Source: Epithemia pelagica (Eukaryota > Protista > Bacillariophyta). Taken from it: a DNA stretch of 64,000 nucleotides. Positions 32,087 to 43,119 of this stretch are shown here, in pieces. A program made the translations under genes and the position numbers. Within the stretch, counting starts at the first letter, position 1, and each line of letters opens with the position of its first letter. Below the pieces are notes generated by a model. That model was not told the origin of the DNA, searched no databases, and worked only from the letters and a program-made list of their open reading frames with translations. The stretch lies in assembly GCA_946965045.2 (NCBI GenBank), contig OX337237.1, forward strand, positions 1,178,001-1,242,000. Direction: 5' to 3'.

Positions 32087-34195
32087 ATGACAAAGCTCGA
32101 CACGAACGATAACGACGCTGATACAAATACCATGCCATCATCCACCACTTCCTCCCACAAAAATGAGGAGGCAGAAGAATCCAATGTCTTGAACGAGTGG
32201 CGCCAAAAGCGAGCTCGAAGAAAGCAATTGCAACAAGAACAACAACAAGAGGCATCCAACCTTTTGAATTTGGACCCTCCAGACATGGACGACGACAACG
32301 ACGAACAAGAAATGACAACCGCCAAGCGACGTCGGATCGAACGCGAAGAATTGATGCAATCCCGATTGCCAAAGATGGGCTCCAACACAAACAAGAAGAA
32401 ACACCAAGAAGCACCGGTGGACCACACCGACACAGGTAACCTGACAACGAATGAAACACCAACGACAATCGAAAACGACCGGACAAAGGACAGTCTGAAT
32501 GATTCGAAAATTCCTCAAGAATCTGTAGAAAACGGCGCATCGGCCGAGGCACTCATGGAACAAGCCCAAGCCTTGTTGGAACAACAACAGGCACAAGAGT
32601 TGACGGCGGAGGAACGAGAGGAACGTCAACGACAGCACGAGGAGGCCTTGCTGTTAAAGCAGGCGCAAGCACAATTAACCAAAAAGGCCCTGCAAAGTGC
32701 TCACGATGTGGCACAGGGTGTGGTCTATACCAAACCCATGCCCAGTTTGTGGAAGGTACCCCGTTCCATTTTGGAAAGGACCACACCGGACGATTGGCAA
32801 AAATGGCGACAAGACTTTGCCATTAACGCCGAAGGCAAGGATATTCCACCTCCCCTTTCACGCTTTGTCGATATGAAATTGCCGCCACCCTTGCTGCGCA
32901 AGTTACAGGAAAAGAATATACAACGACCGACTCCCATTCAAATGCAAGGCATTCCAGCCGCCTTGGCCGGACGTGATTTGGTCGGAATTGCCTTTACCGG
33001 AAGTGGCAAAACCTTGGCCTTTTGTATACCTACAGTCATGGTGGCACTTGAGCAAGAACTGCTCTTGCCTCTCTTGCCGGGAGAGGGACCCTTGTGTGTA
33101 CTCATGGCACCCTCCCGCGAATTGGCTCGCCAGACCTTTGACATTTTGACCGAGTATTTGCAAGCCGTCTCGGAAACACCGGAATATCCCACACTCAATT
33201 CGCTCTTGTTGATTGGAGGCGAGGCCATGGGGGCGCAAATTCGTGCCCTCCAGGAAACGCCCATTCATTGCGTCGTGGCCACGGCTGGTCGCTTGCGTAT
33301 GTTGTTGAAAGAACAACGCATGACATTAGACCATACACGATTGGTCTGTCTCGATGAAGCCGATCGATTGTTGGATTTGGGATTTGATGAAGATGTAGGA
33401 GATATTTTTAATTACTTCACCCGACAAAAGCAATCTCTCTTGTTCAGTGCCACCTTTCCGCAAAAGTTTCAAGAATTTTGTCGACAAACCTTGGTCCAAC
33501 CCATTGTCATCAATGTCGGTCGGGCTGGAGCAGCCAATCTCGATGTCATTCAAGAAGTGGAATATGTCAAACAAGAATCCAAATTGGTCTATCTGCTGAG
33601 TGCCTTGCAAAAGACGGCCCCTCCCGTGTGTATCTTTTCCCAGCGACAACGCGACGTGGACGACATTCATGAGTACCTCTTGCTCAAGGGCGTCCAAGCA
33701 GTCAGTATTCATGGCAGTAAGGATCAACAAGAACGAAATGCCGCCATTCAATTGTTTAAAAGTGGTCAAAAAGACGTCTTGATTGCCACCGATGTCGCGG
33801 CCAAGGGATTGGATTTCCCCAATATTCAACACGTGATCAATTTTGATATGCCGACCGAAATTGAAAATTACGTCCATCGCATTGGTCGGACCGGTCGTTG
33901 TGGCAAGACGGGTGTCGCTACGACCTTTATCAACAAGTCAAGTGATGAAATGACGCTCTTGGATTTGCGAGGCTTGTTGCAAGAAGCTCGACAACGAATT
34001 CCACCCGTTTTGGAACTCTTGCAAGATCCACGGCCATCGGCGCGCACCAATGGTGCTGCGGGGACAACGGGAGGATGCTCCTTTTGTGGGGGACTGGGTC
34101 ATTCTATTGTTGATTGTCCCAAAATTGAAAAGGATGCCAAACGAATTCAACGTGGAAATTACGATGGTCTACAAATGGGAGGAGGAGATTGGTAA
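32087..34195 (+). CDS. DDX41: DEAD-box RNA helicase DDX41/Abstrakt
   Basis: PTPIQMQG, GIAFTGSGKT, DEADRLLDLGF, SAT, LDVIQEVEYVKQE, HRIGRTGRCGKTG, and C-terminal CCHC knuckle CSFCGGLGHSIVDCPK. Confidence 0.95.
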   Translation: MTKLDTNDNDADTNTMPSSTTSSHKNEEAEESNVLNEWRQKRARRKQLQQEQQQEASNLLNLDPPDMDDDNDEQEMTTAKRRRIEREELMQSRLPKMGSNTNKKKHQEAPVDHTDTGNLTTNETPTTIENDRTKDSLNDSKIPQESVENGASAEALMEQAQALLEQQQAQELTAEEREERQRQHEEALLLKQAQAQLTKKALQSAHDVAQGVVYTKPMPSLWKVPRSILERTTPDDWQKWRQDFAINAEGKDIPPPLSRFVDMKLPPPLLRKLQEKNIQRPTPIQMQGIPAALAGRDLVGIAFTGSGKTLAFCIPTVMVALEQELLLPLLPGEGPLCVLMAPSRELARQTFDILTEYLQAVSETPEYPTLNSLLLIGGEAMGAQIRALQETPIHCVVATAGRLRMLLKEQRMTLDHTRLVCLDEADRLLDLGFDEDVGDIFNYFTRQKQSLLFSATFPQKFQEFCRQTLVQPIVINVGRAGAANLDVIQEVEYVKQESKLVYLLSALQKTAPPVCIFSQRQRDVDDIHEYLLLKGVQAVSIHGSKDQQERNAAIQLFKSGQKDVLIATDVAAKGLDFPNIQHVINFDMPTEIENYVHRIGRTGRCGKTGVATTFINKSSDEMTLLDLRGLLQEARQRIPPVLELLQDPRPSARTNGAAGTTGGCSFCGGLGHSIVDCPKIEKDAKRIQRGNYDGLQMGGGDW

Positions 34196-34836
34196 ATAAA
34201 AATGAAAAGATTGCACGCAAGAAGCATGAAAAGGTTGTTGAAGACGGTCTATCATGGAGTGACTCATTCACCGTGGTGGACGTTGGCTATGGTATTCAAA
34301 AGATTCAGACCAGCTTTGTAATTATTGGTGGAACGGACGCAAAAGACCGCTCGTATACAGTGGTGGAAAAGGTAATGGAACCACATCGCGAGGTACGATC
34401 AGCCGAAATGACGTCTCTAGAAGTGCAAAAGTGTGGAGGCCATCATGAGGACTCTCGCGTTGTGCTGCACGAGAAGGAAGAGGGACAGAACTTATCATGG
34501 GCAGAAAAAATGATGTGTTCCGAGAAAGAGAAGAACAAAGACCGTTTCGCTGGAATGGAATCTAACCAACGATTCCTGGTCGCTATTGAGGTCAAACCGT
34601 CGGATGTGGAACAGGATTTGATAGCACTGTGGAAGAAGATAACCCGGACAGTAACAAAAGACGGTTTGAAGTGGAGTGAATCCTGCACATTGGCCAATGT
34701 TGGGTTCGGTATTGAAAAGATTCAGACCACATTTATCATGCGAGATACAATCAGCCCGGACAGTGTCATTGACATCATATTGGACATGCAAGACGAGGTC
34801 CAATCTGCTGAAATGACTTCCATCAAAGGTCTCTAG
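34189..34836 (+). CDS. EF1B guanine-nucleotide-exchange domain protein (1.5 domains; first domain N-truncated, first in-frame ATG 34375)
   Basis: IEVKP..DL..LWKKI..DGLKWSESC.L..VGFGIEKIQ..EVQSAE motif. A second, partial copy precedes it and abuts the DDX41 stop. Confidence 0.7.
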   Translation: MVNKNEKIARKKHEKVVEDGLSWSDSFTVVDVGYGIQKIQTSFVIIGGTDAKDRSYTVVEKVMEPHREVRSAEMTSLEVQKCGGHHEDSRVVLHEKEEGQNLSWAEKMMCSEKEKNKDRFAGMESNQRFLVAIEVKPSDVEQDLIALWKKITRTVTKDGLKWSESCTLANVGFGIEKIQTTFIMRDTISPDSVIDIILDMQDEVQSAEMTSIKGL

Positions 34837-35431
34837 TAGTAGAGCAAAATGGCTTTTCTGGACACGTTTTTCCTTCTGTTCTGTAGGTCGGAAGGCCGGT
34901 GCCCACATGGAGAAGTTTTCCTCCCTGGAAGACCTGTGTCCGGCTGTTGTAAATGGTTGATATTGTGCTCCTCACGGACCAGACCACCACGCAGGAGATA
35001 ACATCCATGGATGTTGGGTGGTGAAATAGGAGTATAGCAAGTTGTGCGACCAAAAAATGAGAAATGAGAACAGTTCACTTCCGAATTGGATAATTTGCGA
35101 ACCTATCAGGAGAAACAACAGATTGGATGGGTGACTGCTGTAACTTGGTCGCACTCTTGTTGTTGATGCCGCAGCTAGGCCCTCCTGACTTTTTGTGGGA
35201 TGAAACAGACAATTGGTGCTTCGCATATGTTTGGCACCGACAGCCCCTTTCTTCGATTGTGGTTGTTGACATGCTTTGGTTGGCTGGTTGTCAAGAAAGC
35301 GAACACGACCTTCGCTTGGAACCGACAAAGAATATAGTATCGTCGATCTTGGTCCATAATATTATCAACAAACGGACGAGAACAAAAACCCGAATCAGAG
35401 AGTGTGAATCAACAGCAACAAAGAAACGACC

Positions 35432-36152
35432 ATGGATCCCATTGAAGTATTGAAAGATCGAATGGCCGAGCCATTGGCGGAAACAGAGAGAAGAGAGGAA
35501 ACTGTCGTATCCATTGAGATCAAGCCATGGAAGGTGACGCAAGATTTGCGGAAATTGTGGAAAAAGATTACCAACACGGTCGTCGAGGATGGTTTAACAT
35601 GGAGTGATTCCTGTACCTTGATGGACGTGGCGTACAGCATTCAAAAGCTCCAAACCACCTTTGTGTTGGTGGGAGGTGAAGCAACTCACAAGGATCGTGC
35701 CGACACGGTTGTGGACGAGATTTTGACGAAACTCAAGCATGATGTTCAGTCGGCCGAAGTTACGTCCCTCCATGTGTTTGGTGAGGACAAGCAAGTCGAA
35801 CCCGCCAAGGAATCGTGGGCAGAAACAATGGCTCGCTCCAAGGAAACAGACAAGAAGTTAACACAGGTAACCATTGACGTGAATCCCTGGACGGTGGACC
35901 AAGATTTGTGCAAATTGTGGAAACGCATTACACAAATGGTCGTCGAGGACGGTCTTACGTGGAGCGATTCCTGCACGTTGGAAGATGTAGCCTATAGCAT
36001 TCAAAAGCTGCAGACGACCTTTGTTCTAGACGGTGGAGATGACTGGAGATGACGACAACCACAAAGACCGTGCCGAAGCGGTCGTGGACAGGATTTTGGA
36101 ATTCAAACGGGAGGTCCAGTCGGCGGAGATTGTTTCACTGAAAGCAGTTTAG
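35432..36152 (+). pseudogene. Tandem EF1B-GNE two-domain gene, frameshifted by a 10-bp duplication
   Basis: Two domains (IEIKPW..DGLTWSDSC..VAYSIQKLQ). TGGAGATGAC x2 at 36034-36053; removing one unit restores ..NHKDRAEAVVDRILEFKREVQSAEIVSLKAV* ending at 36152. Confidence 0.8.
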
Positions 36153-36806
36153 ATTCGGAACACATGGGTCATTAATAGTAGTTGACGGAGCAATTAACAA
36201 GCTAGCTATACGTGTTCTCCTTTACCTCAATAGAACGCCATCATGTAGATGATACACAGACGATGTCGTTCATGAGCAAAAAGGGCTATCTTTAGGTTGG
36301 AGAATCTGTAGCTACGAGGGTGGCTGAAATGGTTGTTCTCCATTCTCTTTGCTCGCACTCCTACCTAGTAGAGCATCGTTCGTTGATGCTCACAAGGACT
36401 CATCGATGTCTTTCTTCTTGGAGTATACGCCCAAGAGGTAATATGAATAATAATGGGAATGAGAAAACGACCAGACAAGGTAAAGGTAGATTTACTGAGC
36501 TGAGATGAGTACTCCCTTTTCATTCACGAATTGATAAGGCGTACTATCATCCAGTAGCTGCGCGGTGATTGCCCCGCGACTAAAAAATGAGATCGCGGAT
36601 CGTTCAAGCCTATTATCTACCATTACCAAGCCTACAAGCACGAACAAGACCGCAGCAACTTCCGGTAATGGACTCAAAATGTGGGTAGTCTTTCTACTAC
36701 TCAGAGTATCGTCACGATATAACTTCTTCATTATCATACAGAAGTACCTCTGATACGACCATACTACATTCAGATTCTTTAGATATGAGGTAAACATACT
36801 GAGTCA

Positions 36807-37131
36807 CGGATGTCGGAGGATTGGGATGATGTCGGAGGTCGGAGGATGTCGGATGATGTCGGAGGATGTCGGAGGATGTCGGATGTTTTTATCGCCAAAA
36901 GAATCTTTGCTCTCCAGCAGTTGGAATTCTTCAAGAGAAATCACATGGTCACAAGTCAACGATGGACAGTAGGCCCATCTACTGATGGAGCACCGCTGGA
37001 TTTTGAAACAAACCATGTTTCCGCGCGAGCCCGAAACGACATCAAACAACATCAAACGACATCAAACGACATCAAACGACATCAAACGACATACCTTTCG
37101 ACATCAAACGACATACCTTTCGACATTCCCG
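36807..37131. repeat. Foldback-like element: two convergent 10-mer arrays with a GATGTCG/CGACATC core
   Basis: GGATGTCGGA-type units at 36807-36885 and AAACGACATC-type units at 37034-37126, separated by ~150 bp. Confidence 0.8.
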
Positions 37132-37153
37132 CTTGTTCCATACTAGTGAATGG

Positions 37154-38321
37154 GAACCCTCCGACTAGGTGTCCGCTTCTTAGCCCCCCAGCCGCTCTCC
37201 GCGACCAACCATTTTAATTTTGGTTTTTTTGCGTTTTTGAAGAAAATTTCGGGTCAAAATGAAAATGATCACGCCGGCCTTCTAGATCACCGTTTTGAAA
37301 TTTTGTGAGCAGGCGTGCGCACTTTGACCGTTGGTCTTCCCCATTCTTGATTGTCGTCCCAACTTGCGACCCACATTATTTTCACTACGCACCTTTTGAC
37401 ATGGATAATGGACATGCACCATCACAATGCATTCTCCATCATCTGCACACCATGGACATTTGACATATAGACCATAGATAGTGTTTTGCTCTACCCCATC
37501 CTTTCTTTGTTTTTTCTAGGAGAAGTGTGGTTGTTTCTAGTGTTTGTGTCCGTTTAAAAGTGGACCCTCCTCCACAACACCGTGCCGTTGCCGTAGGCTT
37601 GTCTCTTTGCAACCACATACAGTCCTATTTTAGAATACGTCTCTTTCTAGTTGCCTTATGGAGCATATAGAGTGTAGAGTCCCCTGCACTGCTGGGAAAG
37701 ACAAGTCATGCTCATGGCAACAAAAAAAGAACAACAGGAGCAGGTCGACATCACAATCCACTAAAGACCCAAACTGAGCGACAGCAGAGGAAAAATGGAT
37801 GGCTTCCTCCACTTATCCTACCTACTCCTAATTGAGGTCTACAGCTCTATTTTGTCCTATAAGAATCCTACAAATGATGCCAGCAGCCCCACATGGCATC
37901 GACCAAAATGGATGTTACATGGCACAAACAAATGACACACTATGGCAACTGGCAACGTAGTGAGAGCCTACAACTAAACATTGTCCATTCCAATGCAAGT
38001 ATTAGCCATTCCAGAACTTACCATGATGGATGTGCAGTGACAAAGATGAGATGAGATGGCCAGGGACGAAGCATGCCGTTTTTGGTGTTGGTTTGGTCAT
38101 TGCCTCGACTTGTTGCCTGCATCGATTTTGTGACCCGTGAACTCACTGAGAACACTATTTTGAGTCTTGTTGAGCAGAACGCCTGCCATCTTCCAACTGT
38201 CACATCACGCCAGCCTTTCCACCGATGAATGTGAAATTTCCATTCATTTTTTTGTCTGTGAGATTGGGTTTGTCTTGCCCGAACAGACGAGCTTAGAAGC
38301 GGACATCTAGTCGGAGGGTTC
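37154..38321. mobile_element. Non-autonomous TIR element A (1168 bp)
   Basis: 31-bp TIRs GAACCCTCCGACTAGG.., 29/31 match (37154-37184 and 38291-38321). Flanks AATGG/TATGG may be a degenerate 5-bp TSD. Confidence 0.75.
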
Positions 38322-38335
38322 TATGGAATCATAAT

Positions 38336-39652
38336 CCCTCGGTATCAGTGTCCACTGCTTAGCTGTTTTTTGTCTGTGCCACCTTCACAGGTTCCCAATT
38401 GGACACAGACAGCATTTTTCGTTTTTCGTCGGTCTGTCTAGCCATTAAAATTCCTCAGGGTTGAAGCAAGGCCAGCGTGCAAGTGACAGTTGACGGTTGG
38501 TGGTTGTCCTCGCCGGGTCACCACGATTCAAATTTGGGCATCCATCATCATCTCGACACCTGTCACAAAAACCCAAAACCGAGCCAAATGCTTGACCATG
38601 ACGTGGGTGAGTACTTATCTTGTTGTCTCTTTTCCCTTTTTCTCACGCATTAATGCTGCAGCTGTCTTTCCTATTGTTCTTGCATGATCCTTTACTTTTG
38701 TCTCATTTTGTACGAGTAGATGACAAGCCGCCAGATGTCGACTGGAATATCTTTTCCTTGCCGTAATTGTTTGTTGTTTGATTGTTTTTTGGCTACTGTC
38801 ATATGCTCTATAGGATAGATTATTCTCTCTCGTCTCTCATCATAGCGTCATTCTCAATCATTTCTCAACGATGTTGTTTTTGCATCAAATAGATGGGAAG
38901 CCATCTTGCCACACCCTACTGACCAATTATCATAATATCCTACCTAGGTAGTCGACACAGAGTGCTCAAAGTGAGCGGTACAAGCTTGTGAGAGCTGTTC
39001 TGTTGTGTTTTCATAGCGAAACTGAGGGTCATCGTCGTGCTCACAACAAAGAACAAAGCTGCAACGAATTCACAAGGCTCAAAAGTCTCATGGATGACAA
39101 GCACTGGCGTTCTACTACTAGTAAATAAACAAAAGAATGTCTAGAGTATAGAGTTTTTTTAATGCAATCAACGTTATGGCGCTCAGCAAAAACCAGTCAT
39201 TTCTGTTCGACAAGAATGAACAATGAGAGTAATGAGCTGCCCAGTGACTAAACAGATGAGTAGCGTCTCCCACGAGCAGAGCAAACAAAAGTGGCAATTG
39301 GTAGTGAGCATGAGTGATGTCATTGACAACATGGCAATTGGCAATGGATCAAGCTCACCTGGAAAGCCAGTAACATTCGTAAGCAGTAAGTACGATGTGC
39401 TTTGGCAAAAGAAAAGAGAATTGTGAGCTTGCCCCGAGTTATGCAACAACCAACCGTCATCCACGCAGGGGACGCTTGCTGGGCTTGCGTCCGTTTCAAA
39501 CGTCGAAAAGTTCAGCTGGGCATGCGTGCCAATTTGCAATTTGATAGTTTCTATTTGCATCAAAAGCGAAAAATGCTGTCTGTGTCCACCTGGGAACCTG
39601 TGAAGGTGGCACAGACAAAAAACAGCTAAGCAGTGGACACTGATACCGAGGG
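38336..39652. mobile_element. Non-autonomous TIR element B (1317 bp)
   Basis: TIRs begin CCCTCGGTATCAGTG; 62 bp perfect, 88/91 overall (38336-38426 and 39562-39652). No clean TSD (AAT/TAT). No transposase ORF. Confidence 0.88.
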
Positions 39653-39756
39653 TATCGATCCTAGTTTTTGGTTTCGTCCGTTGGGTATTGGTACAGAATA
39701 TGCGACTCACGTGTATTTACCGGAAGTTGCAGAATATACGTCGTTCGCGACACTTC

Positions 39757-39780
39757 TTCTTCTTCTTCTTCTTCTTCTTC
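39757..39780. repeat. (CTT)n microsatellite
   Basis: Direct reading. Confidence 0.9.
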
Positions 39781-40140
39781 TGGTCGATCCAGACCAGCGT
39801 GTCATTGTTTGTGGTGCCCGAGTTGCGGTGGAATACGAAGAGACTGGAGTGAATCGTCGGTCCTTTGGTTGAACGTGAATGGTTCGCATAGGTTCTTGGC
39901 ACATTCCCCTATTCTATTGTTGGGCTTATAGAACCGCAAGATCGATCGTGAGCGTGTGGTTGCCGACTCAAAACCGAATTGCCGCACAAGAAGTGACCTG
40001 GTGAACAGGACCAGTATTTTTTCACCAGTGGATTGGATTCACCGTTGCCACAAACACACCCCAACGACGACCACAACGGGTTTGGCACAAGAAGGCTAGC
40101 CCCTAATCAATCACATTACAACAAAGCAATCCTTCCATAG

Positions 40141-41328
40141 GTGGAGGACGACGACAAGCCAGAAACCACAGAAACGCCCACCATGGTTCATGTGGGAGTC
40201 TCTCGATGGCGTGAAGAATGGATCATCCGTCAGAGTCGCAACAATACTAACAAGACCAACCAGCGTGTGGCAGGTGTGTGGGATCCTCGCCTCGTCCGAG
40301 AAACGATTTATTTGCGCGATGGTCGTCGATTGACGTATTTTCTCGATGGACCTCCAGACCAAGATCGGCACGAATTGCCGCATATTTTTGTCTTTCATGC
40401 CATGTTTTTGAGTGGCAATGTCTTTTTATTGCCGGAACCACCCACCGACTACGTATTGGTTTGTGTGAATCGACCGGGGTACTTTGGATCCGATGCTCCA
40501 CCGCAACCAAAACCACATCAACAAGGAAATCGTCGTCGATCCAATTGCCTTCGTCGATGGTTTGGTCGACAAGCCAGTTCATTTGGCAAGGATCATGATG
40601 AAACAAGTTTGGAAGAGGAGGAGGGGGACCGGAACCCGGACAGCACGGCTGCTGCTGCTTCGTCGTCCCCGTATGCCTATCAAGATTTTGCCAAGGACAT
40701 GGAAGAATTGGCCAATCATTTGCGAGTTGCTCAATTTGCAGTGGCGGGTCATTCCAGTGGAGGACCTTGTGCCTTGGCCTGTGCCTCGCATTTGACGAGT
40801 CGACGTGTGACGGCCGTGGGCCTGTTATCGAGCGATCCCGAATATGCGCATCCTTCGGCACCCAACAAACGGTGGATCAATGCGATTGGTGTTGGAACAC
40901 TCTTGCCCTTTTTGCTTGATTATTGTTTGTGTTGTTTGCCCTTGGCTCGCAATGCCAGTGCCGGCTTGCGCAACGATTATCGATTGGAAACCTCCTTGTA
41001 TTGCTTTGACACGGAACGCATTCCCCAACCCGTCACCATTTACGTGGGAGAAGACGATGCTGTCTTGCCGCCCGATATCTCTCGCCACATGCACGAACGG
41101 TTGACCCATTCTACACTGCACATTGTTCCCAAAGTGGGACACTTGTCCTTGTTGGGACGACAAGATGTGTTGAATGACTTTTATGAAACCATCTTGTCGT
41201 CCACTTCAGCGACTGTCCAGGACAAGCAAGATGAGGAAGAAGAGGGTCCTGTGGAACTTGCAGTGGTATCCCAACAGCAACAAGTAGAAGAAGATGGCAT
41301 TACCGCCACGGATCATTCTTTGGTCTAA
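40141..41328 (+). CDS. Alpha/beta-fold hydrolase
   Basis: LRDGRRLTY, VNRPGYFGSD, nucleophile elbow GHSSGG, GEDDAVLP, VGHLSLL. First ATG is 40183. TTCCATAG before 40141 may be an acceptor for an upstream exon. Confidence 0.9.
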   Translation: MEDDDKPETTETPTMVHVGVSRWREEWIIRQSRNNTNKTNQRVAGVWDPRLVRETIYLRDGRRLTYFLDGPPDQDRHELPHIFVFHAMFLSGNVFLLPEPPTDYVLVCVNRPGYFGSDAPPQPKPHQQGNRRRSNCLRRWFGRQASSFGKDHDETSLEEEEGDRNPDSTAAAASSSPYAYQDFAKDMEELANHLRVAQFAVAGHSSGGPCALACASHLTSRRVTAVGLLSSDPEYAHPSAPNKRWINAIGVGTLLPFLLDYCLCCLPLARNASAGLRNDYRLETSLYCFDTERIPQPVTIYVGEDDAVLPPDISRHMHERLTHSTLHIVPKVGHLSLLGRQDVLNDFYETILSSTSATVQDKQDEEEEGPVELAVVSQQQQVEEDGITATDHSLV

Positions 41329-42035
41329 TGCATGTTTGGCCGACGACAACGACGACGACGACAACATTATGACGGAAGAGAAGGACAATCCACAGAGGAA
41401 CAGGCGCAACCACAAACAAGAAGAAAACCAGAACAAAACAAACAAAACACCCGTCTTGGATTCAGGAAGGAAATTGCCACATCGAACCCCCAACCAAACA
41501 ATGCGCAGGCAAACGTCGAACCTCTCTGGACCAAGGCATAAAAAGAGCAACCGAACCACACACACACAAGAGAGAAGAAAACAAACTGAATGGAACACAA
41601 AACACGACGGGTCAATCACAAACGACGAGAGCCGTGGATGGAAGGAATTCGATGCAGGAGAAAAATCGCACAGTCCAACCTCTCCGACATCGAAAAGAAG
41701 AAGAGGAACCGAGACAGCAACATAAAAAGAGAGTTGCACAAGATGGGATCCTCATTCACAACACGGAACAAGAAGCTTGAACGAAGGATTGGATGAACGT
41801 GAAACGATTCCACATCTCTCTTGGAATGCACCGAAGGAAACCAACCATACAAACTACTAGCAATAGTAGCTAAATCTTCGTACTCAATTCAATCGATTCT
41901 AGTCGCAATGGTAGTACTATACACTTTTGTTGTGCTGTTGTATCTTCTTTTCTATCCAGGTGTTTTGCTTCGTGATTGAAGGTTCCATCTAATTCCCAAA
42001 CTCGGCGGCAAGGACTCCTTCCGTGTCTGTAATGC

Positions 42036-42508
42036 TCGGAAGAGTTGTTGTACGGCCATACCAATACAGAAGATTGTTATTTTCTGGCGTTTCGATTGCG
42101 CTCGCCATCATCCCAGCCGGAATGAGAAGCAACTGTGTTTCCTTGGGTGGTCTTGTTTGTACTACACACACATATGACTAATACGCTCTCTTGTGTGTCT
42201 TTAGAATTTGGTCGACCAAGTCCATGGAACCACAGGAATCGCACCGGAATGGTACGTCCATATCATTCGTTATTCTTGACAGAGCACCAATCGTCCAACC
42301 TCACCACCGTTGTTCCATGTTTTGCGGTTTCTCCGTTCCTGCACACTTAGGAAAATTGTGGTTTCCGAAAGTCCCATTGGCTACCATGCTGCTACTACCA
42401 ATGATTCTAATTCGGAAGAGTTGTTGTACGGCCATACCAATACAGAAGATTGTTATTTTTTGGCGTTTCGATTGCGCTCGCCATCATCCCAGCCGGAATG
42501 AGAAGCAA
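42036..42508. repeat. 97-bp direct repeat pair (42036-42132 and 42412-42508)
   Basis: One substitution; flanks unrelated. Confidence 0.92.
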
Positions 42509-43119
42509 TGCCAGAGATACATCGGGCAGCAGCAGTGTGATACTGCCTTATATCTATTGCATTCCACAACATTCATTGAGTAGGTAGTAGGTAATAATCA
42601 AAAGACCTTGTTAATAATCTGAAACATGAAACTCCTTCTATTGATATAGTTTGGAGAGAATGGCAACCTTTCATTCCCTCTCGTCGGACGCCACAAAAGA
42701 TCTTTCTGTGAGTGGCAGACTTTATCTTTGTGGGAAGCTCCCCCTGCGCGCAAGGCGCTCTTTTCCCGCAAAAGCACTCGTGATCCCGCAAGACCAGATG
42801 GTGCCACGTGGAGAGAGTACACGGCACACGCGATGATTGGCCGCATCATTCTCACATCAATGAAGGAACAGATCATCCAGCGATACACTTTTTAGGGATA
42901 TGTATCGTCCAACGTTGTTGTGTGTCATGACGAAGAAGTGGATGCTTTCCCTGTAAATTTGAAAGGTGCAATCGAGCCGAGAGAGGTCTTTTACTGGTTG
43001 TTTTTCTTGGAGGAACGAAAACACGAAAGCAGTTTCCACGACAAGCCACAGTTGTTGCTCTCGAGTTGCACAACACCAAAAAACGACGACGAATTCCAAA
43101 CAACAACAACACTCACAGA

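Noticed and set aside
36807-37126. CRISPR-like appearance of the repeat arrays
   Set aside because: Units are ~10 bp without unique spacers, there are no cas genes, and the context is eukaryotic.
37221-37240. TTTTGCGTTTTT shared with the header promoter at ~6508
   Set aside because: Low-complexity 12-mer; the order relative to neighbouring motifs is not conserved.
42590-42900. Possible structured ncRNA upstream of SAC1
   Set aside because: No recognisable snRNA, snoRNA, SRP or tRNA motifs on either strand. I found no tRNA or rRNA anywhere in the window.
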